Counted from the first letter of the stretch, positions 18,451 through 26,824 are shown. The stretch is 32,000 nucleotides of DNA from Dickeya solani IPO 2222 (GCF_001644705.1 NZ_CP015137.1:4530001-4562000); one strand, 5' to 3'. Made by a program: numbers and translations. Notes: generated by a model not told the origin, from the sequence alone.

Positions 18451-18628
18451 AATATTTTCCTGTCATTAAACAGATTGTTAATTTCCGTAACGGCGACGGT
18501 GGAGACTCCGGTGAGAAAGGGTAGCACCGTCTTAATGCACGTCATGTTAATGCTTTATATGCCATGATTCCAGAAGGGTAAAAATTCGCACTCATCTGAA
18601 AGTGACTTGTTTTACAAAGGAGAAAACC

Positions 18629-20026
18629 ATGTCAGACACTCGAATCGAAAAAGACTCCATGGGGCCGATTGCCGTGCCGGCAGCGCACCTTTGGGGGGCT
18701 CAGACCCAGCGTTCGCTGGAGCATTTCCGTATTTCGGAAGAAAAAATGCCGAGATCGCTGATTGTGGCGCTGGCGCAAACCAAGCGGGCGGCCGCCCGCG
18801 TGAATATGGATCTGGGGCTGTTGCCCACGGATAAGGGCGATGCCATTCTCCTGGCGGCGGATGAAGTGCTGAACGGGCTGCATGCCGGCGAATTCCCGCT
18901 GGCTATCTGGCAGACCGGCTCCGGTACTCAGACCAATATGAATATGAATGAAGTGCTGGCGAATCGGGCCAGCGAAGTGCTGGGCGGTGTTCGGGGCAAT
19001 GAGCGGCTGGTGCATCCAAATGACGATGTTAATAAGAGTCAGAGTTCTAACGATGTTTTCCCTACGGCGATGCATGTCGCGGCGGTCACCGTGGTGCGGG
19101 AACACCTGCTCCCTGAACTGAACGTGTTGCAGCAAACGCTGGCGGATAAAGCCGCGCAATTCGCCGATATCGTCAAAATAGGTCGGACCCATTTGCAGGA
19201 TGCGACGCCGCTAACGCTGGGGCAGGAGATTTCCGGTTGGGTGGCGATGCTGGCGCATAACCTACGTCATATCGAAAACAGTATTCCGCACCTGTGCGAA
19301 CTGGCGTTGGGCGGCACCGCGGTCGGCACTGGATTGAACACGCATCCGGAATATGCGGTGCGGGTGGCGGCGGAACTGGCCTCGTTGACTGGTCACCCGT
19401 TTGTCACTGCGCCGAACAAGTTTGAAGCGTTAGCCACCTGCGACGCGCTGGTTCACGGGCACGGTGCCCTGAAAGGGTTGGCGGCGTCATTGATGAAGAT
19501 TGCCAACGATGTCCGCTGGCTGGCGTCCGGGCCGCGTTGTGGTATTGGCGAAATTGCCATTCCGGAAAACGAACCGGGCAGCTCCATCATGCCGGGCAAG
19601 GTCAATCCGACGCAGTGTGAAGCGATGACCATGCTGTGTTGCCAGGTGATGGGGAACGATGTGGCGGTAAATATGGGCGGCGCGTCCGGTAATTTTGAAT
19701 TGAACGTGTTCCGGCCGATGGTGATCCACAACTTCCTGCAGTCGGTACGGTTGCTGGCCGACGGTATGAAGAGTTTCAACGAGCATTGCGCCATCGGGAT
19801 TGAACCGAATCGCGAGCGTATCAATCAGTTGCTGAATGAATCGCTGATGCTGGTGACGGCGCTCAACCCGTACATCGGTTATGACAAAGCGGCGGAGATC
19901 GCCAAAAAAGCCCATAAAGAAGGGCTAACGCTGAAAGCGTCGGCGTTGACGCTGGGCTATCTGACTGAAGAACAGTTCACCCAGTGGGTGCGTCCGGAAG
20001 ACATGGTCGGCAGCATGACGCCGTGA
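18629..20026 (+). CDS. fumC: Class II fumarate hydratase
   Basis: The track ORF starts at GTG 18602. The homology start is ATG 18629 ([36 protein letters not shown]...), preceded by AAGGAG. It carries the signature [15 protein letters not shown]. Collinear with E. coli FumC. Confidence 0.96.
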   Translation: MSDTRIEKDSMGPIAVPAAHLWGAQTQRSLEHFRISEEKMPRSLIVALAQTKRAAARVNMDLGLLPTDKGDAILLAADEVLNGLHAGEFPLAIWQTGSGTQTNMNMNEVLANRASEVLGGVRGNERLVHPNDDVNKSQSSNDVFPTAMHVAAVTVVREHLLPELNVLQQTLADKAAQFADIVKIGRTHLQDATPLTLGQEISGWVAMLAHNLRHIENSIPHLCELALGGTAVGTGLNTHPEYAVRVAAELASLTGHPFVTAPNKFEALATCDALVHGHGALKGLAASLMKIANDVRWLASGPRCGIGEIAIPENEPGSSIMPGKVNPTQCEAMTMLCCQVMGNDVAVNMGGASGNFELNVFRPMVIHNFLQSVRLLADGMKSFNEHCAIGIEPNRERINQLLNESLMLVTALNPYIGYDKAAEIAKKAHKEGLTLKASALTLGYLTEEQFTQWVRPEDMVGSMTP

Positions 20027-20029
20027 CGC

Positions 20030-20956
20030 TCACATGCCGTCATCGGTGTACAAATGCAGCCTGGGAATCAATAGCCGTAAGGGTTTGGCTTTGGGACGGT
20101 GCCGATACTGAATGTTGTCGGCGTCATAGTCGTTCAGTTCGCCCATCACGGGTACCGCGTCCTGGCGGCATAACACCAATAATGGGGAAGGGCAGGGATA
20201 CTGCACCTGTTTCTGCTGTTCCTGATACCAGACTCTGGCGATAGGTTGTACTTTCACCGGCCGCTTTATTTTCAGCGACGCCTGCGCAGGCAGGCGTTTT
20301 ACATCCTGTATTTCCTGCTCCAGCAGCGACGCCCACTGTTCCTTGCTGTACGGCGCCTGGCTACGCCCGGCGTGCAGGCTTTTCTCCAGCTTTTCCAGCA
20401 AGGCATCCCGGGTGAGATTTTTGATGATGTTCTTGTTCGCCCAGCCAAATCGCACCGACGTCGGATCGACCAGCAGGGTGATGGTGCGGTAGGCGCTCAG
20501 CGTGATCAGCCCTTTTAGGTGCGTATGGACAAAATCGAAACGCTGCTCCGGTTCCAGCCCGGATTCCACCGTAATGATCTGTTCCAGCTCTTTTTTCCGC
20601 GCGTTAATGTCGGTAATTAACCGATGAGCCTGCAGGTATTCCGGCTGTTCAATCTGAAAGCACAGCACACCGGGCAGCCGAATCGCCGCTTTGCTGCTGA
20701 CGGTTTCAGCGTGGTGATGAATAAACAGATGACGAAAATGCTGTAAGCCGGTGTCGCATGCGTCATCGCCAGTGACCGGCGTGACGTGAATCTGCCTGAC
20801 CGGATCGTGCTCGGTGCCTTTCTCCACCGCCGGAAGGGTAAAAATATGCCCGCCGGCGAAGTGAAATGTCCAGAACAACTGATGCATTTCGGCCAATTGT
20901 GCTTCAAGGGTGGTGAAGCAATGATTCATGCGTTCGATCAGGTCGTAGGCTGCCAT
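20030..20956 (-). CDS. tus: DNA replication terminus site-binding protein Tus
   Basis: The ORF runs to ATG 20968 (MGSVMAAYDL...), but alignment with E. coli Tus (MARYDLVDRLN...) favours ATG 20956, and both starts remain possible. Conserved blocks: HFRHLFI, SSKAAIRLPGVLC, GLITLSAYRT, RFGWANK.IIKNL, KIKRPVKVQPIARVWY, NYDADN, PLRLLIPRLHLY. Convergent with fumC as in E. coli. Confidence 0.93.
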   Translation of the reverse strand: MAAYDLIERMNHCFTTLEAQLAEMHQLFWTFHFAGGHIFTLPAVEKGTEHDPVRQIHVTPVTGDDACDTGLQHFRHLFIHHHAETVSSKAAIRLPGVLCFQIEQPEYLQAHRLITDINARKKELEQIITVESGLEPEQRFDFVHTHLKGLITLSAYRTITLLVDPTSVRFGWANKNIIKNLTRDALLEKLEKSLHAGRSQAPYSKEQWASLLEQEIQDVKRLPAQASLKIKRPVKVQPIARVWYQEQQKQVQYPCPSPLLVLCRQDAVPVMGELNDYDADNIQYRHRPKAKPLRLLIPRLHLYTDDGM

Positions 20957-20980
20957 GACACTACCCATTAGTATAAAAAC

Positions 20981-21003
20981 GATTTAGTTACAACATACTA
21001 ATG
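20981..21003 (-). other. Replication terminator (Ter) site, TerB-like, in the tus promoter region
   Basis: The minus strand reads CATTAGTATGTTGTAACTAAATC. The 17-nt core AGTATGTTGTAACTAAA is identical to that of E. coli TerB (AATAAGTATGTTGTAACTAAAGT). It lies 12 nt upstream of ATG 20968 and 24 nt upstream of ATG 20956. Confidence 0.88.
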
Positions 21004-21138
21004 CACTCTAAACTAAACGCTCAGTTTAGCAACCGCGTCATTATCATTTTAACAGCGAAAAAAGCGGAAAGCGGCGGGAGACTCACCGGCCGGCGCATTC
21101 AGGCTCGGTGAGTCGCAAATAATACTCTTGTCAGGGAA

Positions 21139-22389
21139 TCATACCTTGTTTTTCAGGGATTTCAGTTTAAACCCAATCCACAACGCCAGCATCAACAGGC
21201 ATGACAGATACAGCACCAGACCGGTCCAGCCGTAGTGATACCAGAAGAAACCGCCGGACGTCCCGGCCAGGCTCGACCCCAGATAATAACAGAACAGGTA
21301 CTGGGACGATGCCTGTCCTCTGGCGCGCAGCGCCCGCACGCCAATCCAACTGCTGGCGACCGAGTGAGAGGCAAAGAACCCCGCAGCAAACAGCATCATC
21401 CCGACGAACATCACCGGCAATGAACTGAACAGGGTCAACAGCAGGCCGGACAACATCAGGGCAATGCTGCCGACTAACACCGGTCCGCGACCAAAGCGGG
21501 CAATCATCGCCCCGGCGCGCGGAGACGCGTAACTGCCGGTCAGGTAGACCACCGACAACAACCCGACGACAGTCTGACTCAAGTTATAAGGGGCGCCCAG
21601 CAAGCGATAACCAATGTAGTTGAACAGCGTGACAAAGGTCCCCATCAGCAGGAAGCCCTCAGCGAACAATAACGGCAAACCCGCGTCACGCCAGTGTAGG
21701 CGGGCATTGATCCACAGTGTTTTGGGGCGCAGCGAGCCAGCGCGGAAATGGCGGGAGTCGGGCAATATTCGCCAGAACGTCACCGAGGCCAACAACGCGA
21801 CCACGCCGATACAGGCGGTAGACACACGCCAGTTGGAAAAATCGGTAATCACCCCGGTCAACAGGCGTCCGCTCATGCCGCCAATGGAGTTGCCGCTGAT
21901 GTATAGCCCCATGGAGAATGCCACCACGCTGGGGTGAATTTCCTCGCTCAGGTAGGTCATCGCCACCGCCGCCACACCGCTGAGCGATAAACCGACCAGC
22001 GCCCGCATGGCCAGCAGTCCGGCCCAGTTGGTCATCATGGAACCAATCAGGGTACAGACCGAGGCCAGCAGCAGGGACACCACCATCACATTTTTGCGCC
22101 CGATGGTGTCCGACAGCGGGCCGGTAAACAATAAACCCACCGCCATGGTCATGGTGGAGACAGAAAGTGACAGGCTGCTGGTTGCCGGCGACACGCCAAA
22201 AACCTGCGACAACACCGGTAGTATCGGTTGTACGCAGTACAGTAAGGCGAACGTCGCCAGGCCAGCGGAGAACAGAGCCAGCGTGACGCGAATGAACGTT
22301 GGCGTGCCTCGGGTGATAAACGGGTTTTTATAAACGGGCGTGCGAGTCGAGTGTTGGGGTTGGATGTCATCGGTGACAGAAACGGACAT
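21139..22389 (-). CDS. ynfM: MFS transporter YnfM
   Basis: The track ORF begins at TTG 22422. ATG 22389 (MSVSVTDD...) gives 416 aa, against about 417 aa for E. coli YnfM. Long identical blocks: RVTLALFSAGLATFALLYCVQPILPVLSQ, SGVAAVAMTYLSEEIHPS.VAFSMGLYISGNSIGGMSGRL, HWRD.GLPLLFAEGFLLMG.FVTLFNYIGYRL. The start is uncertain: both candidate starts have AGGA immediately adjacent. Confidence 0.9.
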   Translation of the reverse strand: MSVSVTDDIQPQHSTRTPVYKNPFITRGTPTFIRVTLALFSAGLATFALLYCVQPILPVLSQVFGVSPATSSLSLSVSTMTMAVGLLFTGPLSDTIGRKNVMVVSLLLASVCTLIGSMMTNWAGLLAMRALVGLSLSGVAAVAMTYLSEEIHPSVVAFSMGLYISGNSIGGMSGRLLTGVITDFSNWRVSTACIGVVALLASVTFWRILPDSRHFRAGSLRPKTLWINARLHWRDAGLPLLFAEGFLLMGTFVTLFNYIGYRLLGAPYNLSQTVVGLLSVVYLTGSYASPRAGAMIARFGRGPVLVGSIALMLSGLLLTLFSSLPVMFVGMMLFAAGFFASHSVASSWIGVRALRARGQASSQYLFCYYLGSSLAGTSGGFFWYHYGWTGLVLYLSCLLMLALWIGFKLKSLKNKV

Positions 22390-22501
22390 TCCTTGTGCAG
22401 ACAGCGGGGTACTCAAAATCAATCCTTATCCGGAGAAAATACGGCAAAAACATCAGTGAGCGCATCATAGAATTGGCTCGATTGTTTTGTATAATATATT
22501 A

Positions 22502-22516
22502 ATCATTAATAATGAT
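22502..22516. promoter_or_regulatory. LysR-type (T-N11-A) box candidate in the ynfM-ynfL divergent region
   Basis: ATC-attaataat-GAT (ATC-N9-GAT dyad) is embedded in the AT-rich palindromic sequence ATTAATCATTAAT, 12 nt upstream of the ynfL ATG. Confidence 0.3.
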
Positions 22517-22527
22517 ATTTTATAAAT

Positions 22528-23442
22528 ATGAATATCGAGCTCAGACATTTACGCTACTTCATCGCCGTCGCGGAAGAACTTCATTTCGGACGCGCCGCTG
22601 AAAAGCTGCATATATCCCAACCACCGCTCAGCCAGCAGATACAGGCACTGGAAGAGCAGATCGGCGCTCAACTGCTGGAGCGCAACAATCGCAACGTGCG
22701 CCTAACCCAGGCGGGCGAACTGTTCCTGAAAGAAGCCTGGGCGATCATCAATCAGGTTAATCAGGCGGCGGAACGCGCCGCCCGCATCCAGCGCGGGGAA
22801 ATAGGGGAACTCAATATCGGTTTCACCTCGTCGGCGCCTTTCGTCAAACAGGTTTCGCGCAGTTTGTTGCAGTTTCGCCAAAGTTACCCCGAAGTGCATA
22901 TCCAGATGCTGGAGATCAACACCAAACAGCAGATTGAGCCGCTGCTTGACGGCAAGCTGGATCTGGGCGTGATGCGCAACAATCCGCTGCCGGAAACATT
23001 ACGCCATCAGCTGTTGCTGCATGAACCGATGGTCGCCGTGGTGCATGAAGAGCATCCGCTGGCCGCCGCCCCCGGTGGTCACATTAGTATTCAGCAACTG
23101 GCCAGCGAGCCGTTTGTTTTTTTCGCCCGGGAAGTGGGCACCGCGTTGTACGACGAAGTACTGACGTTGCTCAAGAAATACGGTATTACCCCTTACATCA
23201 CTCAGGAGGTGGGCGAGGCGATGACCATTATCGGGCTGGTGTCTTCCGGTCTGGGGGTGTCCCTGCTGCCGGCGTCATTCCGACGCATTCGGGTGGATGG
23301 CGTCAAATATCTGTCGTTGCAGGAAAAAGACGCTATTAGTGAAATGTGGCTGGTCACCCATCACCACCGGCCGCTGAACACAGCCGCTCAGACGCTGATC
23401 ACACTTATGCTGGGCAGTACCGCCAAAAATATGTGCGGTTAA
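22528..23442 (+). CDS. ynfL: LysR-family transcriptional regulator YnfL
   Basis: 304 aa, MNIELRHLRYFIAVAEELHFGRAAEKLHISQPPLSQQIQALEEQIGAQLLER... and ...ITQEVGEAMTIIGLVSSGLGVSLLPASF. Collinear with E. coli YnfL and divergent from ynfM as in E. coli. Confidence 0.93.
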   Translation: MNIELRHLRYFIAVAEELHFGRAAEKLHISQPPLSQQIQALEEQIGAQLLERNNRNVRLTQAGELFLKEAWAIINQVNQAAERAARIQRGEIGELNIGFTSSAPFVKQVSRSLLQFRQSYPEVHIQMLEINTKQQIEPLLDGKLDLGVMRNNPLPETLRHQLLLHEPMVAVVHEEHPLAAAPGGHISIQQLASEPFVFFAREVGTALYDEVLTLLKKYGITPYITQEVGEAMTIIGLVSSGLGVSLLPASFRRIRVDGVKYLSLQEKDAISEMWLVTHHHRPLNTAAQTLITLMLGSTAKNMCG

Positions 23443-23502
23443 TCACATATCGAATCAAATATTTGACGGCTATTTACAAAAGCTCCACCATAGCCTCAGT
23501 TT

Positions 23503-23525
23503 TTTATTTTACAGCGTAAAAAATA
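23503..23525. promoter_or_regulatory. Mlc/NagC-type operator candidate upstream of mlc
   Basis: TTTATTTTAC-AGC-GTAAAAAATA is a 23-bp A/T-armed dyad with 8 of 11 symmetric pairs and core TTTTAC..GTAAAA, 34 nt upstream of the mlc GTG. It resembles the TTTTAC...GTAA arms of E. coli Mlc operators as I recall them. Confidence 0.4.
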
Positions 23526-23558
23526 CCAATTACGCCTAATCGCAGGAGCCGTTTCAGA

Positions 23559-24776
23559 GTGATTGTCAGTGGTCAGCCGGGACACATCGATCAGATTAAA
23601 CAGATAAATGCTGGTGGCGTTTATCGGCTGATCGATGAAAATGGCCCCATCTCCCGCATCGAATTGTCAAAACAGGCCCAGCTTGCTCCTGCCAGCATTA
23701 CCAAGATTGTGCGTGAACTGATGGAAGCCCATCTGGTACGGGAAACGGAGTATCAGGAAATGGGCAGCCGCGGGCGCCCGGCTATCGGTCTGGTGTTGGA
23801 TACCGAAGCCTGGCACTACCTGTCGGTACGGATCAGCAACCAGGTCATGACGCTGGCTTTGCGCGACCTCAGCGGACATCTGGTAGTGGAAGAACGGGTT
23901 GATTTACCCAGAGAACATCCACAATCCTTGCTTGACCGTATCCTTGCTGAAATCGATCAGTTTTTTATTCGCCATCAGCGCAAACTAGAGCGCCTGACGG
24001 CTATCGCCATTACGTCGCCGGGCATGGTGGATTCATCCACCGGCATCATTCATCGTATGCCGTTTTACGATGTGGAAGAGATGGCGATTGGGCCGGCACT
24101 GGGAAAACGTACCGGCGTCCCCGTTTATTTGCAGCACGATATCTGCGCCTGGACTATGGCGGAGGCGTTGTTTGGCGCGTCACGCGGTTGCCAAAACGTC
24201 ATCCAGATTGTCATCGACCATAACGTAGGCGCCGGCGTCATTACCGGCGGCCGCATCCTGCATGCCGGCAGCCGGACGCTGGTGGAAATCGGTCATACCC
24301 AGGTCGATCCTTACGGCAAACGTTGCTATTGCGGCAATCACGGTTGCCTGGAAACCGTCGCCAGCATAGAAAGCATGCTGGAACTGGCCCAGCAGCGCCT
24401 GAATGGGTCAATGAGTTCGCTGCTGCACGGCTCGCCGTTAACGGTAGAGTCGTTGTGCGATGCCGCGCTGAAAGGCGATCAGTTGGCGAAAGATATCATT
24501 GTTGATGTCGGCAATAACGTGGGGCGTATTACCGCCATCATGGTTAACCTGTTCAATCCGGAAAAAATCCTGATCGGTTCGCCGCTCAATCAGGCTGCCG
24601 ATATCCTGTATCCCGCCATCATCGATTGTATTCGTCGTCAGGCGTTGCCGGCCTATAGTCATCACCTGCAGGTGACGTCCACCCATTTCTACAATCAGGG
24701 AACCGTACCCGGCGCCGCGCTAATCAAAGATGCGCTCTATAACGGCTCTTTGCTGATTAAACTGATGCAGGGCTAA
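23559..24776 (+). CDS. mlc: ROK-family global glucose-responsive repressor Mlc (DgsA)
   Basis: 405 aa with a GTG start; AGGAG lies 10 nt upstream. ...QPGHIDQIKQINAGGVYRLID..GP.SRI.LS..AQLAPASITKIVRE..EAHLV...VEIGHTQVDPYGKRCYCGNHGCLET. Collinear with E. coli Mlc. Confidence 0.95.
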   Translation: MIVSGQPGHIDQIKQINAGGVYRLIDENGPISRIELSKQAQLAPASITKIVRELMEAHLVRETEYQEMGSRGRPAIGLVLDTEAWHYLSVRISNQVMTLALRDLSGHLVVEERVDLPREHPQSLLDRILAEIDQFFIRHQRKLERLTAIAITSPGMVDSSTGIIHRMPFYDVEEMAIGPALGKRTGVPVYLQHDICAWTMAEALFGASRGCQNVIQIVIDHNVGAGVITGGRILHAGSRTLVEIGHTQVDPYGKRCYCGNHGCLETVASIESMLELAQQRLNGSMSSLLHGSPLTVESLCDAALKGDQLAKDIIVDVGNNVGRITAIMVNLFNPEKILIGSPLNQAADILYPAIIDCIRRQALPAYSHHLQVTSTHFYNQGTVPGAALIKDALYNGSLLIKLMQG

Positions 24777-24789
24777 TCAAGCGCGTAAT

Positions 24790-24830
24790 ATCGCACAATA
24801 TATATCGCACAATATATCAACGCACAATAT
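24790..24830. repeat. Three direct copies of CGCACAATAT (14/15-bp period) in the mlc-ynfK spacer
   Basis: ATCGCACAATATAT occurs twice in perfect tandem (24790-24817), then caaCGCACAATATca. The array starts 14 nt after the mlc stop and lies about 150 nt upstream of ynfK. Confidence 0.75.
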
Positions 24831-24980
24831 CAATGTACGCAAAGCGCGGTTTCCCGTTGACCGACAAAACATTGCGCTAACGCAAGCCGCTTCGGCGGCC
24901 CATCCCCTAGACTTTGGGCTTCATTAGTAAGTTTTTTTGAGGTTTATTTTTCAGGTGGGGCCTGCCGGAGTGGTGTTTTC

Positions 24981-25652
24981 ATGTTAAAGCGTATGTTTGT
25001 TACAGGAACGGATACCGCCGTGGGAAAAACGGTAGTATCGAAGGCGTTATTACAGGCGCTGACGAAAACGGGCAAAACCGTAGTGGGTTATAAACCTGTC
25101 GCCAAGAGCTGTACGGAAACGGAAGAGGGGCTGCGTAACAAAGATGCGCTAGTGTTGCAGGAAGCGTCGTCGATCCCGTTGTCTTACCTGCAGGTTAATC
25201 CAGTGTCGTTGCAGGAAGATGAAATCAGCGCCAGCGAACTGGAGATCAATTACTGTGCGATGACCGAAGGGTTGAATCAGCTCAGCGGGTTGTCAGACAT
25301 GGTTGTCGTCGAAGGCAGCGGCGGCTGGCGTACATTGATGAATGATATGCGAACCTATTCGGAATGGGTGGTTCAGGAACAACTGCCGGTCGTGCTGGTG
25401 GTCGGGATCAAGCTGGGTTGTATCAACCATGCACTGCTGACGGCACAAGCCGTTATTAACGATGGGCTGCCGCTGGTGGGCTGGGTGGCGAACCGCATCA
25501 ATCCCGGTCTGGCCAACTATGCCGAAATCATTCACGCTCTGCGCGAAAAAATCCCCGCGCCTCAACTGGGCGAATTACCGTATCTGCCTCGTGCCGAACA
25601 GCGGGACCTGTCCGCTTACATTGATCTTTCCGCTATTAACCAGTCGTTCTAA
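24981..25652 (+). CDS. ynfK: Dethiobiotin synthetase paralogue (BioD2/YnfK)
   Basis: 223 aa, MLKRMFVTGTDTAVGKTVVSKALLQAL...GYKPVAK...GLRNKDALVLQ...VVVEGSGGWR.LMND...EWVVQEQLPVVLVVG...CINHALLTAQA...GLPLVGWVANRINPGLA.YAEII. Collinear with E. coli YnfK and downstream of mlc as in E. coli. Confidence 0.94.
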   Translation: MLKRMFVTGTDTAVGKTVVSKALLQALTKTGKTVVGYKPVAKSCTETEEGLRNKDALVLQEASSIPLSYLQVNPVSLQEDEISASELEINYCAMTEGLNQLSGLSDMVVVEGSGGWRTLMNDMRTYSEWVVQEQLPVVLVVGIKLGCINHALLTAQAVINDGLPLVGWVANRINPGLANYAEIIHALREKIPAPQLGELPYLPRAEQRDLSAYIDLSAINQSF

Positions 25653-25665
25653 TCTGGCAGACAAT

Positions 25666-25701
25666 CCCTGTTCGTTATCCCAAAGAGCAGGGCGTTTTTT
25701 A
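25666..25701 (+). terminator. Rho-independent terminator of ynfK
   Basis: CCCTGTTC-N11-GAGCAGGG (8-bp stem, one G-U pair) followed by CGTTTTTTA, 14 nt after the stop. Confidence 0.6.
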
Positions 25702-25750
25702 TAGCAGCACCTGATTATCCCTATCCGCGCGCTTTTCACCTGTCTGAATG

Positions 25751-25777
25751 AATAAAAAAGGGGGAACCATGTCCCCC
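25751..25777 (-). terminator. Rho-independent terminator of the ynfB / ynfD-like unit
   Basis: The minus strand reads GGGGGA-catggt-TCCCCC-TTTTTTATT, about 86 nt downstream of the ynfD-like stop. Confidence 0.7.
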
Positions 25778-25862
25778 TGCTATCGCTCAACCTGTTTGGG
25801 CATCACAACGCGTTGTATCTGTTAACTATTGCTGCCATCAACGGCGTGTTTTTCGAAGCCGG

Positions 25863-26150
25863 TTAGCGAGATTTGCCGGTCGGTGCCGTAGATTGGGGTA
25901 GAACATCGGTATCATCCGACAGACGGATATAGACGATTTTTTGCGTATCCTGTTCACAATGGCCAACAACCTGTCCACCGTGCTGACTGACCTGATCATT
26001 AGGCACAATATCCAGCTCGAAACCTGATTCAGGTACACCGTTGGCGATAATCTTGCGAGCAATATCATCACGAACACTTTCGCAGGACGCTTGTGCCAGT
26101 AACGGTGTAAGCAGCAGTAATAACGTGCCGGCCAACATTGTTTTCTTCAT
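25863..26150 (-). CDS. ynfD: Small periplasmic DUF1161-family protein (YnfD-like)
   Basis: The track ORF starts at 26171. ATG 26150 is preceded by GGAGGA and gives MKKTMLAGTLLLLLTPLLAQA (signal peptide), then SCESVRDDIARKIIANGV...FELDIVPNDQ...GQVVGHCEQDTQKIVYIR. This matches the two-Cys DUF1161 pattern as I remember it. Confidence 0.8.
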   Translation of the reverse strand: MKKTMLAGTLLLLLTPLLAQASCESVRDDIARKIIANGVPESGFELDIVPNDQVSQHGGQVVGHCEQDTQKIVYIRLSDDTDVLPQSTAPTGKSR

Positions 26151-26228
26151 CACATCCTCCTGTCGCGTCAATGGACTTATCAGCCCAGCGATGGGCCGAC
26201 AAATCCATTGACAGTAATAGGTGAAAAA

Positions 26229-26585
26229 TTAGGGCGTTACCTGGCGTCCGGAGCGACGGTCAAGGCAACGCGATGAATTGGGTTCCCAGTAAGCATTGAA
26301 GTTGGAACTGGCTTTGCATTTATCTTCAAGCGCTTCCGCCATATCGGCCTTGTCGAAATCTCTGTCCGCCTTATCGACGCGTTTTTCGAGATGCTTGTTG
26401 AGTTTATTACGCAAGGTGCGTGTTTCGTTCCAGTCTTCGCTGCTCTGACGCGCTGCTTCTTTGGATAACGCACTGTTGCCGTTATCAATAATGATATGTT
26501 GCGCTGCCTGTGCAGACTGCCAGAGGCTCAGACTAAGCAGCGATGAAGTAAGAAGAAGAAGTAGATTACGTGTTTTTTTCTGCAT
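26229..26585 (-). CDS. ynfB: UPF0482-family secreted protein YnfB
   Basis: 118 aa with a signal peptide, then ...IIIDNGNSALSKEAARQSSEDWNETRTLRNKLNK..EK..DKAD..FD...KC..SSNFNAYWEPNSSRCLDRRSGRQVTP. Collinear with E. coli YnfB (ending ...[22 protein letters not shown]). Confidence 0.9.
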   Translation of the reverse strand: MQKKTRNLLLLLTSSLLSLSLWQSAQAAQHIIIDNGNSALSKEAARQSSEDWNETRTLRNKLNKHLEKRVDKADRDFDKADMAEALEDKCKASSNFNAYWEPNSSRCLDRRSGRQVTP

Positions 26586-26691
26586 GTTTCACCCAGACAG
26601 GAATTTCTGTAAATACGATCGTTGTCATAACCAAGAATCATGGCGGAGACTATAGCATCCGACGCCATAACCAAACTATAACCGACCCTAA

Positions 26692-26824
26692 GTATTCAGG
26701 AAAACGCCATTGCCGTACAGAAGCGCGGGGCCATATTCCTGAATACGGGCACGTAACGAACAGCAGCGATCGAGTCATGGATCCCTGAATCACCCCGCGC
26801 TGTTGGCGTACGGCGTGGCAATGG
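26692..26824. repeat. Complex set of inverted repeats in the ydfG-ynfB spacer
   Basis: GTATTCAGGA (26692-26701) pairs with TCCTGAATAC (26738-26747), and a further CCTGAAT lies at 26784-26790. CCATTGCC..GTAC..AGCGCGGGG (26707-26730) is complementary to CCCCGCGCT..GTACGGCGTGGCAATGG (26793-26824). Confidence 0.6.

Noticed and set aside
25575-25790. 71-aa minus-strand ORF between ynfK and the ynfD-like gene
   Set aside because: It has a TTG start and spans two convergent rho-independent terminators (25666-25701 and 25751-25777), so it is very unlikely to be translated.
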